Positions 23,961 through 35,864 of a DNA stretch of 64,000 bases are shown one piece after another. The stretch is from positions 806,001 through 870,000 of the forward strand of contig JANHCV010000001.1 of assembly GCA_025594325.1 (NCBI GenBank), given 5' to 3'. The translations under genes were made by a program, and so were the position numbers. The stretch is from Blastocladiella emersonii ATCC 22665 (taxonomy: Eukaryota > Fungi > Blastocladiomycota). The notes below the pieces were generated by a model. It made no database searches, had not been told where the DNA came from, and was given only the letters and a program-made list of their open reading frames with translations. The number at the start of each line of letters is the position of its first letter. Within the stretch, counting starts at the first letter, position 1.

Positions 23961-24849
23961 GATGGTGGTTGAGGTCGTTCTTTGCAAGAAGGGTGAGGAA
24001 GTGGAGGGTGAGACGGCGGCGAGGCCGCTCGGCGGACGGCGGGCTGGGTGGCGGGGCGGGGACGGCTGGGGACACCGCTGTCCAACCCCGATTTCAGCGG
24101 GTCCGATCGGGTTTTCAGCGGTTTTCTCGCTCCCCCCGCAAACCACAAACCCAGTCTCAAGCTTATCAGATAGGGCGCAACGAGGCGCACACGTGGGTGC
24201 CAGTCGCGTCGCGATGTCTCGCACCTGGCTGGAGAACGGGGCGATCTTGGCTCCGAAACGCGTGGACCCGGGCGTCCCACGACTCCCACGCCCTCAGTTT
24301 TCAACTCCACATCTTTTAACTTCACACAGTGGTGGCAGTCTACGCATAGTGCGTCCACAAAAAGTTTGAACCGGATTCATGCAAAGGTGTTGTCAGGGCG
24401 GGCGCTCGCGCGAAGTTCATAACTTTGGCGGCGCCTCCCAGCTCAGCTGTTAGGCGGTGCGCCACGCTAAAAATCTCGGGCCCTAACAGTATCGATATCT
24501 ACAATTTTGCTGAACAAAGTTTCGAGAGTGTAGAGTAAAAAGTGGTGGAGATATGAGGGGGTGGGATGAGGGACACCAGTGTGCCATGGTCGTCTATGGG
24601 TTAAACCGTGACTGAACCTCAACTAAGGGCCCGTTTGGTTCCGGGGTGAATCAGGTGGATCAATCGATTTTACACGGTCCGGTGTTCACCCAGCTGAAAC
24701 GTGGCATTTTCACCCCGTCGCGTTCATCGCGGCGTTTGGGTCGATCCCCGGATGAGCTGAATGGAACCCTCGTCGCTGAATTGCCCGTCTGCTCGCCCCC
24801 GAAACCTTCAGGCTGTGCTTCCCGGCCTATATAAACGCTGTTTTCCTTC

Positions 24850-25225
24850 GTGGGGCGGCTCGACCACCACCGGCGAGTACTCGCACCTCGAGCAGGACGG
24901 CAAGGAGTCTGGTGACGTGGAAGGTGTCGATGGTCAAGACGACGCGGCCCCCGCCAGCAAGCGCAGCCGCACTTCGGACAGCAGCTCGCGTCGCCTCTCG
25001 GACTCGGAATTCCTCATGGGCATCAAGGAGGTGTTCCAGAGCGTCGCGACCGCCGACTCCAAGCCCGTCCTGACCGCCGCACTTGAATGGGTCCAGGACG
25101 CGTACAACGACAATGAAGAGTACCAGATCGACGTCGCCACCCGCCTGACCGAGGATCAAGCGCTTCGCGTCATGGCCGTGTCCGAATCGAAGCGCAAGCG
25201 CATCCTCGAGATTTTCATTCAGTAG
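24850..25225 (+). pseudogene. 5'-truncated Harbinger Myb/SANT partner gene (C-terminal part only)
   Basis: TTTGEYSHL...RRLSDSEFLMGIKEVF...RILEIFIQ aligns to the C-terminus of 19533..20701; the Myb domain is missing. Confidence 0.8.
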
Positions 25226-25538
25226 CTCACTCGCACATGTCCCCCTCCCCTCGCGTTGCTTCCTGGCCTTGTTCTCGCCCATTTGTGTCCAATACATCTG
25301 GCTTTGTGTCCATCGTATCTTCAATCGTTACCCTTGGCTCGAAAATGACGCGACTCGTTGAGAAACGCGTGGTTCGCAAAGTGTCTCACACGTCACGTGA
25401 TTGATCGACGCGTCTCCACCGATGCATTCTGACCTCAGCGACGCGTCAAATCATCTAGAATCGCTTATATAACATTATAGTACTTGACAAATCAGTATAT
25501 TACAGCATGCATGCGGGTACAACAATTATTTCGCGCCT

Positions 25539-26856
25539 TCAAAGACGGGTCCCACGAGCGGCCATGACGCGCCTGTACTCGGTCCAAAGAACATTTGCGA
25601 TGCGGTTCCGAAGCGAGATACCGCGCTGACGAGCTCCGTCCAGCGAGGCCTCGAGGACAGCGGCCTCGTCGTCCTCCTCGTTCTCGTCGTTCAGGGGCTC
25701 GCGCCCACGCACACGCGCCTCACGCGCCGCGTCCCGCGCGCGCCGGAGCTCCGTCTCGGCGTCGCAAAAGAAGGCGTCGCCGCCTTGGTTCCACTTTTTG
25801 ATCATGTTGTGCAGCGTGCAGAGCGCGTACACAAGCTTGACTTGAGTCTTGATTGGGTAGGCCGCGCCAATCGAGAGGACGCGGAACCGCTTCTTGAGCA
25901 CGCCAAAGATACGCTCAACAGAGTTGCGGAGCGACGCGTGACGCAGATTGAAAAGCTCCTCGCGGTTCTTAACTCTACGTACGTTGATGAAGCGGATGAG
26001 ATGGCGCCAACGTGATGGTCATGGCAGTGAGAACGTACCCATCCTTGCCGCGGGCAAACTCGCGAAGATGATAGCGGGTACTGCGGAAGGGCACGATGAT
26101 GGACGTGCGGTTTGCGTAGCCGCCGTCGGCGAGGTAGAAGCGGCCGGCGGGGATCTTGAACCCACGGGCGAAGGCGTCCGAGAGCACGCGCGAGTCATGC
26201 GCCTTGCCCTCCCACCCTGCGAGAACGTAGGTGAAGTTCAAGTCAAAGTCGCAGGCAGCGAGGACATTTGAGTATATGGTCCCCTTGCGGTTTCGGAACG
26301 AGTCGTGAAGCTTAGTGGGCACAACAAACGGGATGTGCGTTCCGTCAAGCGCGCCGACCGCGTTCTGGAACGGAGCGTATTTCGGGTCGTGGGCGATGCG
26401 CTCATGCACGGGCGTAGAATCGGACGGCTGGACAATGAACTCGGGCATCAGGCGGTACAGAGCGTCGAGCACTTGCTTCAGAACCCTGGACGCGGTCTCG
26501 CCAGAGATTTGGAACCGCTCCCTGAGGTTGCGGTTGGTGCTGCCCTCGCCGGCCATGACAAGAAAAACCATGAAGCGCGCCTCGACGGACAGCTCGCGGC
26601 CGTCGGCGAGAAGGCCACGGTCGCGGAACAGGCGGCAGATGGCCTTGAAGGTCTCGCGGGGCATACGGGCGATTTCCGAAAAACGCGTTTCGCTGTTGCA
26701 CGTCAGCAGCTCTTGAACCCACGACTCGCCAGAAAGCGTGGACGTGCGGATAGGCTCCCACGAGCGGCGCTCGTTGCGCGCAGCGAGACGTCGCAGGAGA
26801 GCGAGGGCGGCTGTGAGCATTAGGCCGCGCAGCTTGCGGTTGTATCCCTTGCCCAT
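25539..26856 (-). CDS. PIF/Harbinger (DDE_Tnp_4 / IS5-like) transposase, intact, intron 25975-26038
   Basis: GALDGTHI, YLADGGY, ELFNLRHASLRNSVERIFGVLKKRF; the spliced ORF is 418 codons without an internal stop. Confidence 0.93.
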
Positions 26857-27073
26857 GTTGTTTGAGGGCTCGAGAACACGATGCGTGAGGTTAGGTGTTG
26901 ATTCGTTGCAATAAGTGCGGCTGCAAAGAGGTGGGAAAGATTTTATTGCGGGGGGGGGGAGGGGCGTTCATCCAGCGGGGCGTTTGGTTCGCACGGCCGC
27001 TGAGATGAACGGGGGTGAGGTGAAACGTGGCAACTTTTTCAGCTGATCCACCTGATCTGAACCAAACGGGCCC

Positions 27074-27232
27074 TAAACCTCAACTAAACCTCGACTGAGC
27101 TCAGACTGAACTCGGAGTAAACCGCGACTAAACCGCTACTAAACCGCGACTGAACCACGACTGAACCGCGACTGAACTCGGAGTAAACCACGACTGAACG
27201 CGACTGAACAGCGACTGAACCGCGACTAAACC
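27074..27232. repeat. 11-bp minisatellite (ACTRAACCDCG)n, continued at 24600-24626 on the other side of the Harbinger
   Basis: About 14 degenerate units, e.g. ACTAAACCGCG, ACTGAACCACG. Confidence 0.85.
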
Positions 27233-27249
27233 TGCAGCAGACCATTCTC

Positions 27250-29150
27250 ATGACGGGCCAGCTCGCGTCCGCTCGCGTCCCACGCCATGAGGAGGGCTGG
27301 AAGTCCACCGGCCATTGTCAGCTTAAAGGACAGCTGAGACTGAGATGGCCGTCAAATATACGGTTATATCAAGTGCCTGCTCTGGGTCACTTTGAGAAGG
27401 AGCTTGGCATCGCGCTACACGACCGACCCAAACGTCTGTCTCCAGCGACTGCTGCAAGATCCACGGCAGAATGCTTGCCATTGGCCAAGATGAGCAGCGC
27501 AAGCGAGCGTTGCAGGTATGGGTGGCCAAGCATCAAGCGTCTTCACGAGCACCGCGACGCACTGGCCGCAAAGCCTCCGCTCCTTGTTGCTTGTCTGCGC
27601 GTGAGTGAGGGTCGCCAAAACCGTGTCGACAACATGCGATCCTTGCAAACTCGGTGGCGGGCCAGGGCACGGCGGCAGACCCTCATTCGCGACGCGACCA
27701 CTGTCAGTGCTGGCCATGGGAGTCAACGCCGTGTTGTGCTGCAACTGATCTGGCCGCGGCGGCGACGGCGCCAGCACGATGGCCACGTTGAGCTTCTGGC
27801 CGCGGCGCGCGGCGAGCTGCTGCTTGGCGCGCAGATCGTACGCCGCGAGGAGCTCCTCCTGGGAGATGGTCGCGGCTGCAAGCGCATGTTCGGGATGGCT
27901 CCACACGCGCAGGCGGACGCTCTGCGTCAGGCGCTGCGTGCGCACGTGGTTGAAGGCGAACAGGATGAACGCGGCGTGCTGCGAGAAGCGCTGGTCCCAG
28001 AGATGGAGCAGGTGCTCGTAGTACGCCTCGGCCGAGTAGTTGTGGTTGCGCCGGTCTATTTCCGAGTTGCGACCGCCAAATCCCCAGGCAAAGTTCCGCA
28101 GAAACAAGCCAGCAAGCGCGAGTCCCTCGTAGATCTGCAGGTACTGGTCAGATCGATGGACCGCGTACGCTTCGTCGACCAGCGGAGCGCCGACTCGCTC
28201 CTCACCATTCCCTTCATTGCCAGCACCTTCTCCTTGTCCGCGTGCATGCGCGGGGCACGGTGATGCGCGGGGGACCTCGAGTGGCACGGGGTCAACGACC
28301 CCGCGCGCGTTTTGGCGATCCTCAGCGGCTGCGACGGCGTGGCCATGGCGCTGATGTTGCTCACCTTCCTCCTCACGGTCGCAATGCTGGGCGTCGCGGC
28401 GCTCCCCACTTTCATGACTGAGATCACAATCAGCAGGTTCGTTGTTGTTGTCCTCGCTGTCGGCTGCACAAGCGTGTGGATGCGCGTGTGGGTGAGGGTG
28501 CGCGGCGGCGGCGCTGGCGGCGAGATCTGGGCGATGGCGAATTTGGGCTTGAGCAGCGGCCGGCGGTCGTTGCGGCAGTTCTCGTTCTTGTTCGTATCGC
28601 CAATGGCCAGCCCGCTATTGCTGCCGTCGCCGTGACCCTTGAGGCGCTTAGCACGCGCGTCGAGAATGCGTTTCTGTGCGGTCCTGAGCGCACTAAGCGC
28701 GTCTGGGTCAAAGTACGCGCCTGTCACGTAGTCGGGCCGGTTGGGGTGGCGCGTCGCGCTTAGCGGGGCAAGACCAAGGCCGTCAAAGATGCCCTTGTTG
28801 TCGCTCACGTGGTGGTAGTCGCGGACCGCGGCGGGCACCGTCTTAGGGAAGCCGAGGAGGGTCTGCACTGCCTCAAGCGGGAACTGCTCGCGCGGGACGA
28901 ACACAAGCGCCTTGCAAAGACGCTTGGTGCCGGTGACAAGGCAAACGTGCGCGTTCATGACGGTGGCGGCGTACTTGCGCGTTGCGAACTGCTTGTGGCG
29001 GAAGTCCTTGTTGCTGGGCGAGGGCACGGGGATCTGCTGCGCGTCCTTGATCTTGTTGAGGTGGGCTGGCGACAGGAGGCGCGCGCGATTGTAGGCGTTG
29101 CGCTCGTAGTTGCGCTGCAGCTCAAGGGCCGATTTGGAGAGGGCAGGAGC
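27250..29150 (-). pseudogene. Helitron-like Rep N-terminal region
   Basis: HVCLVTG...; FAWGFGG...SAEAYYEHLLHLWDQRFSQHAAFILFAFN is typical of the Helitron_like_N region; frameshifted. Confidence 0.75.
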
Positions 29151-29487
29151 AGGAGGCGAGGGACTGCGGCGTGCGCGTGACTGAGTTGATGCGGATCGTT
29201 GCAGCTATCCCCAGGGGTGTCAGAGACGACCAATGGAACCCGCTCCAAGTGGTGGATGAGGGGCACAAGTGGGCGCGGTTGGGCGCCTGGACACGATTGA
29301 GTGCTGTGACAAAGCCACAATTCCTGCAGCGCGCGGAAGGACCAAGCCTGGATGCTGAGGAAAACAACTGTTGCGACATAGAACGCGCAAGGTAAAGAAG
29401 CCATGTCCAACTCACATCAATGGCTGAGTGCGGAGCGAAGAGCAAACGATGTTTGACCTATGGCGGGCGCGCGGCCGTGGGCCTAAA

Positions 29488-29704
29488 TGTCACGGCGCAG
29501 CGTGACAGGTGTGGCGTGTTGCGTTCACGCGCAGCGTGGCGCAACTTGCCGATCCAGGATTCCCTGCTCCCCGTTCACTGTTTTCCCCATTTCAGCGTGT
29601 AGTGCGGTGCAGCCGGCTCTCGCTCTCCACGGAACAAGATCATTTATCACGCGATTAATTGCGCCTTGTGTTCATCAACCCGCCCCTGGTCCCTTGTCTT
29701 TACA
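29488..29704 (+). repeat. 5' LTR (217 bp)
   Basis: TGTCACGG...TTTACA; 10 mismatches to the 3' LTR by manual alignment. Confidence 0.95.
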
Positions 29705-31020
29705 CTTTGTTCCGTCACCCCCCTACCACCAGCGGCAAGATGTCCACCAACGCACTCCCCCCAATTCACCTCAACGACCCGGCTGTCATGGTACCGCTGC
29801 TTGAGTCCGTTGTCGCTGCGGTCCCCGTGTCCACCCTTGACCACGCCAGCCGCGAGACGTTCCTCGACATCATCCGCGGCGGCGCGCTCGCCGCGTCGAT
29901 CATCACGGCGCCCGAGGACGACCAGCTCAACCGTGCCCGCCAGACGACCAAGGTCGTTGTCCACGTCCTGGCCCGCACGACCTACTGCCTCAAGACAGCG
30001 CAGGACACCAAGGAGCGCCTCCACGCCGAGAACGTGCAGCTCCGCGCCGAGCAGGCGCGCCTTGAGTCGCAGCTCGCCCAGCTGCAGGCGCAGCTCGCGC
30101 AGCACCGCGCCGCCAAGACGGACCCCGCCAATGGCATGCCCAACCTGTCGCTCATGGTCACGCGCCCGGCCTCCAACCCCCAGCGCCAGCTCGTGATGGA
30201 CTTCTTCAAGCCCGGGAACTACGGACCAGTCACTGACTTGACGGAGGGCGTCATGGCGCACCTTCGCCGCATCGCCCAGAAGTACGCGCAGGTCCAGGAC
30301 GTGCTCGACATCGAGCACGCCCTCCAGACCCACCTGTCTGACATTGTCAACCTCAAGACAACGCCGTTTGCGCGCGCGTGGCTTGACGGCCAGTACCAGT
30401 TCGCGTGCCAGTGCCCCACGGGCGCGTGCTTGTGCTTTGTTAAGTACGCCGAGGACCTGCTCCGCCTCATGCCCAAGTCCCGCAACGGCATCAACCGGGC
30501 GCGCGGCCTGCTGCGCCTGCGCCCCGGACATGGTGGGATGGGCGCGTTCTTGGCAACAATGACGCAGCTTGTGCTCAAGTACCGCGTGCCCGGCCTTGTT
30601 GCCACGGCCATCCTGCTTGAGGCCATCCCACCCTCCCACCCCGTGCACCATCACGCGTCGTTCCTTGAGGCGACCCGCCTTGGCAAGTTCAACAAGGCCC
30701 TGCAGTCGTTTGTTGACGCCAAGGCCGGCATCAAGAACGCGGCCATGGGCCGCCTCGCCCCCGCCCCTGCCCTGTACGCGCCCCCGCCCCGCGCGCTGGC
30801 GCCCCTGACCACGTCCACATACAACGACGGGTTGAAGCCCATGGTGATTGGCGCCGTTGCCCCGCCTGGCCTCACGTGCTTCAACTGCGGCGGTCGCGGC
30901 CACTACGCCAAGGACTGCGCTTTGCCCCGCGACCAGAAGCAGCAGCAGGAGCGCCGCCAGCAGTGGCAGAAGGGCAACCCGTTGTTGACGTTGGCGTCGG
31001 GAAACGCCAGTTGGGCGTGA
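29659..31020 (+). CDS. gag: Gag with a CCHC zinc knuckle
   Basis: CFNCGGRGHYAKDC; position directly after the LTR. Confidence 0.9.
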   Translation: MRLVFINPPLVPCLYTLFRHPPTTSGKMSTNALPPIHLNDPAVMVPLLESVVAAVPVSTLDHASRETFLDIIRGGALAASIITAPEDDQLNRARQTTKVVVHVLARTTYCLKTAQDTKERLHAENVQLRAEQARLESQLAQLQAQLAQHRAAKTDPANGMPNLSLMVTRPASNPQRQLVMDFFKPGNYGPVTDLTEGVMAHLRRIAQKYAQVQDVLDIEHALQTHLSDIVNLKTTPFARAWLDGQYQFACQCPTGACLCFVKYAEDLLRLMPKSRNGINRARGLLRLRPGHGGMGAFLATMTQLVLKYRVPGLVATAILLEAIPPSHPVHHHASFLEATRLGKFNKALQSFVDAKAGIKNAAMGRLAPAPALYAPPPRALAPLTTSTYNDGLKPMVIGAVAPPGLTCFNCGGRGHYAKDCALPRDQKQQQERRQQWQKGNPLLTLASGNASWA

Positions 31021-31040
31021 GCGAGCCAACACTCGCGCCC
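30999..31040 (+). promoter_or_regulatory. -1 programmed ribosomal frameshift signal (gag to pro-pol)
   Basis: G GGA AAC heptamer in the gag frame at 30999-31005, followed by a 9-bp stem GGGCGTGAG/CTCGCGCCC; the protease ORF is in the -1 frame. Confidence 0.75.
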
Positions 31041-34000
31041 GTCAAGAACCGGCATGGGCGGCGCAAGCGCCCGCCGTTGACCCCGCCAACCAGGCAAGCC
31101 CATGACGTGGCCCTGGCAAGCACGGTCGCGGCGCTCGCTTCGTTGCCCACCCCCGCAGCAACCCAAACGGATGTTGATTTTTCTGTTGAGAAGGAGCTGA
31201 ATGAGAACGCAGTCGCTCACTACCTGGCATTGGTCTTTGCACTAGATCACTGTGACCGACACCTGTACCTCAAAGCCGCGCTTGGTGACGCGAGCGGCGC
31301 AGGCCGGCCAGCCGCTGTGGCGCACATGATCAACTCGGGCGCGCCCAACTCGTTCATCAACCGTCGGCTCGCCGAGGCCATGGGAATGAAGCTGATCCCG
31401 CTCGCGCGCCCGCGGACCATGGGCAACGCCGACGGGACGCCACTTGCAAGTGGAGCCATCACGCACAAGGTCCGCGCTGTCGTTGCCGTGCTGCGAGGCG
31501 TTGCCCACCTGCAACGGCGCGCCGCGGGCCTCGGGTCCCACGTCCTACCTACACACGCGTTTGGTCGTCGCGCCGTGCACCCAATCCCGCAGTGGGCAAG
31601 GGCAAAGGCCCCGCGTAGCCGCGCGTACGCGGGCCTGCCATGCCACCATTGCGTGACGCTCGACCTGCTCGTCATTGGCTCCCCCGTGTTCCCAACGATG
31701 CTTGGTCTCGACTGGTTCGACGAGACCGGGGCTACGCTGTGCCTGGGAAAGGAGCAGCGCCACATCCACGTCCGCTGACGCTGCCGCGGTCATTGCAGCG
31801 CCGAGCCTTGCGCAGACGTGGGCAGCAATGACCCCGCCAAGATCGAGGGCCACTGCGACCACAGCTGTGCCGCGGCCGCCACATGCTCTCTCGGCGCCGT
31901 CAACGCCGCCAAAACCACGTATCGCGCCGACGCGGATTCGCTCGAGTGGAGCGATTGAGACGGACCGCCCGACGAAACGCCGACCACAAGCCCACCCGCA
32001 CTGCCTGACCTGCCGCCCAAGATCGCCGAGTTCGCGTCCGTGTTCGACGACGCGGGCGCCAAGGAACTCCCCAAATCACGGCCCGACTACGACTGCAGCA
32101 TCAAGCTCGAGGACAGCAAGGCGCCGCCGTTCCTGCCCATCTACGCGCTGACCAAGGCTGAGTCCGAGGAGCTGCGCAAGACCATTGACGACCTGCTTGC
32201 GCGCGGCTTCATCCGGCCGTCCAAGTCGCCCGCCAGCGCGCCGGTCATCTTTGTGCCCAAGAAGGACGGGTCGAAGCGCATGTGCATCGACTACCAACGG
32301 CTCAACGCCATCACAATCAAGAACCGACACCCGCTGCCACTCATCCACAAGATCCTTGACCGCGTCCAGGGCGCCAAGGTGTTCTCCAAGCTCGACCTGC
32401 GCGGCGCGTACAACCTCGTCCGCATCAAGCCTGGCGACGAGTGGAAGACGGCGTTCCGCACCAAGTACGGCCACTTCGAGTACCTCGTGATGCCGTTTGG
32501 CCTGTCGAACGCGCCAGCCGTTTTTCAGCACCTGGTCAACGACATCTTCCGCGACCTCATTGACCGCGGCGTCCTGGTGTATCTGGACGACGTGTTCATC
32601 TATTCGAAGACCCGCGAGGAGAACGCCCAAATCCTCGCCGAGGTGCTGCGACGGATGCGCGACCACGGCCTGTACGCGCGCCGCGACAAGTGCGAGTTCT
32701 TCACCGACAAGACCGAGTACCTGGGCCACGTCGTGTCGGCGACAGGCGTCGCCATGGACCAGGCCAAGATCGCGGCCGTCCTCGAGTGGCCGAGACCCAC
32801 GTCGGTCCGTGACGTGCAGAAGTTCCTCAGGTTCGCTAACTACTACCGCCGCTTCATCAAGGAATACTTGGCCATCGCGCTCCCGTTGCATCGACTCACG
32901 CGCAAGGACGTTGCATGGAAGTGGACCGACATCGAGGAGAAGGCGTTTGAGTTGCTCAAGTCGGCGTTCACCTCGCAGCCCGTGCTCGCCCATCCCGACC
33001 CGCTCAAGCCGTTCATCGTCAAGACGGACGCCTCCAACTTCGCTCTCGGCTGCGTCCTCCTGCAACGCGACGACGATGGAGCTCATCTGCACCCAGTCGC
33101 TTACCACTTGCAGTCGCTGAAAGGGCCAGAGCTCAACTACCCAATCTTTGACAAGGAACTGCTCGCCATCAAGGTCGCGTTTGAGGTGTGGCGACACCAC
33201 CTCGAGGGCGCGCGCTGCCCCGTTGAGGTCCGCACCAACCACCGCAATCTCGAGTACTTCCGCTCGGCCAAGGTCGAGTCGCAGCGGCACGCTTGGTGGT
33301 CGCTCTTCTTTGACCGGTTCGACTTCCACATCTCGTACGTGCCCGGCAAGGACAACGGCCGCGCGGATGCGCTGTTGCGGCGTCCCGACTACGAGCGCGA
33401 GTACGACCCGCAGCTCGGGCAGCCGCTGCTTGCGGCCAAGGTTGTTGCTGCGGCCATGTCGGACACGTCGAGTCGCGCCACCAAGTCGTTCGCGCTGCCG
33501 CCCAACCCGCCCAAGGTGCCCAAGGAACCGGGCATCGGTGAAGAGCCGACGGGGACGTTGGCCGTTAGGAGGGGGATGGCTGACGATGAGTTTGCTGCTT
33601 GGGTTTGCGGTGATCCGGAGCAATACCCCTCGCTGCGCTTCGACAACAACGGGCTCCTGTGGTTCAACAAGCGCCTGTACGTGCCCGACGGCGTGGCACG
33701 CACCCGCGTCCTTGAGCAGGAGCACAACGCGCCAATCTTGGGCCACCCCGGCCGCCGCAAGACGTTTGAGAAGATCGCGGCCAAGTACTGGTGGCCAACG
33801 TGGCGCCGCGACGTTGAGGCCTTCATTGAGTCGTGCGTGCGCTGCCAGCAGTGCAAGCCGTTGCGTCAGCTCCCCTTGGGCCTGCTGCAGCTGCTACCGA
33901 TCCCGCGCCGCCCGTGGAGCTCAATCTCCGTCAACTTCATGGTCATCCTGCCGACCAGCGACGGCATGACGTGCATCATGGTTGTTGTCGACCGCCTGAC

Positions 34001-35062
34001 CAAGATGGCCCACGTTGTCGCCATGCCCGGCGTTCCGACAGCCGAGGGCATGGCCAACGCCGTGATTGAGCACGTTGTCTGGCATCACGGGCTGCCCGAC
34101 AAGATCGTCTTGGACCGCGGGACCCAGTTTACGTCGCAGTACTGGGCGCGACTGTGCAAGACGCTTGGGATCAAGCGCAAGCTGTCGACGGCGTTCCACC
34201 CGCAGACCGATGGCAGACCGAGCGCATCAACAAGTCGTTTGAGCAGTATCTGCGCCTGTACCTCGACCGCCACCAGGACTCGTGGCGCTCAATGCTGCTC
34301 GTCGCCGAGATCGCCTACAACAACGTGCAGCACGAGTCGATGGGCAAGACGCCGTTCGAGGCCAACTACAGGTTTGGGCCCAAGTTCACGGACCCGCCGC
34401 CATTGGCCGAGGGTATTGGCGAGGGCGCCAACAAGGTTGTCAACTTTGCGCAACGTATTGGCCAGGTCCAGACCAAAATGCGCCAGCACCTCAAGCGCGC
34501 ACGGGCTCAACAGAAGCAGTACGCCGACCAACGCCGCCGCAAGGCGCCGCAGTACCACGTCGACCAGATGGTCCTGCTCTCGGCCAAGAACCTGCGCCGT
34601 GTCGAGTTGTCAAACAAGCTCGCGCCGCTCTACCTGGGTCCGTTCCGCGTCAAGCGCGTCATTGGCGTGACCAACGTCAAGCTTGAGTTGCCCGAGGGCA
34701 TGGAGCGCGTCCACCCCGTCTTCCACGTCTCGCTTGTCAAGCCATTTGTTGCGTTGGACGAGCGTCGGTTCCCCAGTCGTCACGTACTGCCGCCTGACCC
34801 CATCATCCGCAACGACGAGGAGTACTACTTCGTCGAGCAGATCCTTGACTCCAAGTACATCGGGTCCAGCCGCAACAAGACCGTGTGGTACCTCGTCCAC
34901 TGGCGCGGGTACCCAATCGACAAGGCGACGTGGCAAGACGACTCAGACGACATGCGCCGCCTCGAGGCCGTCGCGCAGTTCTACGCGGCGCACCCCGACA
35001 AACCTCGACCGCCGCGACGGGCCGCGGGCGGGAGGGGGAGGTGGTGTCACGGCGCAGCGTGA
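31000..35062 (+). pseudogene. pol: Pol: protease, RT, RNase H, integrase, chromodomain; inactivated
   Basis: INSGA (catalytic D to N), YLDD, TDAS, GHPG/CxxC, YFVEQILDS...YLVHWRGY...TW. Two in-frame TGA between protease and RT, and a 1-bp deletion near 34215. Confidence 0.93.
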
Positions 35063-35261
35063 CAGGTGTGGCGCGTTTCGTTCACGCGCGGCGTGGCGCG
35101 ACTTGCCGATCCAGGATTCCCCGCTCCCCGTTCACTGTTGTCCCCATTTCAGCGTGGAGTGCGGTGCAGCCGGCTCTCGCTCTCCACGGAACAAGATCAT
35201 TTATCACGCGAATAATTGCGCCTCGTGTTCATCAACCCGCCCCTGGTCCCTCGTCTTTACA
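35045..35261 (+). repeat. 3' LTR (217 bp)
   Basis: Preceded by the purine tract GGGCGGGAGGGGGAGG; followed by the CTAAA TSD. Confidence 0.95.
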
Positions 35262-35795
35262 CTAAATTGTGCAGACCTGCCAGAAACATGTTTCGCGAAT
35301 AAACAGCAGCGTAGATCGGGACGCACAGATTACGGGATGCGCTGCATGAAATCAAAAATGGGTCCATGTCACGCTGGGTGTGGTCGGAGCGGGGCGGGGC
35401 GCGATGTGGAATTTCGACCACCGCAAAATTCACTTCTAGCTTGACCGTAGTGTGCCCTCAGCCATGGAAAACACGAATAGCGAAGTTTGGATACGCCGGA
35501 CGGGGTTACAGCGTCGTAAAGTATGGGGCCGCCAGCTGGTTTGGGCCAAGTGACACTGACAGATTCATTCAACCCTCCACGGTGTACATCAGACCCTCCC
35601 AAATGCATTGCAGAGACTTAGAATTTGTTTCATTCATGTGCGGGACCTGTACCGGGGTGACCAGCGCGTGCTTGAGGTGGCGGGGCGCGCCAAGACCAGC
35701 GTCATGTGACCTTGGCTTGAGTTGAAGCGTACTCGACTGGGAGGAAGCTCGGCACAATGGACGTGCGATCTTGGCGGAGATGAAGATCGAAGCGG

Positions 35796-35864
35796 TGAAG
35801 AGGTTCACAAGAGGGGACGATGAAGAGGTTCACAAGAGGAGACGGTGAGGAGGTTCACAAGAGG
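35796..35864. repeat. 25-bp tandem repeat x3
   Basis: TGA(A/G)GAGGTTCACAAGAGG... at 35796, 35821 and 35846. Confidence 0.9.

Larger units (their letters stand above)
24627..27073. mobile_element. PIF/Harbinger DNA transposon (2447 bp)
   Basis: 15-bp perfect TIRs GGGCCCGTTTGGTTC; TAA TSD at 24624-24626 and 27074-27076; carries a DDE transposase and a partial Myb gene. Confidence 0.95.
29488..35261 (+). mobile_element. Full-length Ty3/Gypsy chromovirus LTR retrotransposon (5774 bp), decayed
   Basis: TG...CA LTRs, CTAAA TSD (29483-29487 and 35262-35266), polypurine tract before 35045, gene order gag-pro-RT-RH-IN-chromodomain. Confidence 0.97.
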
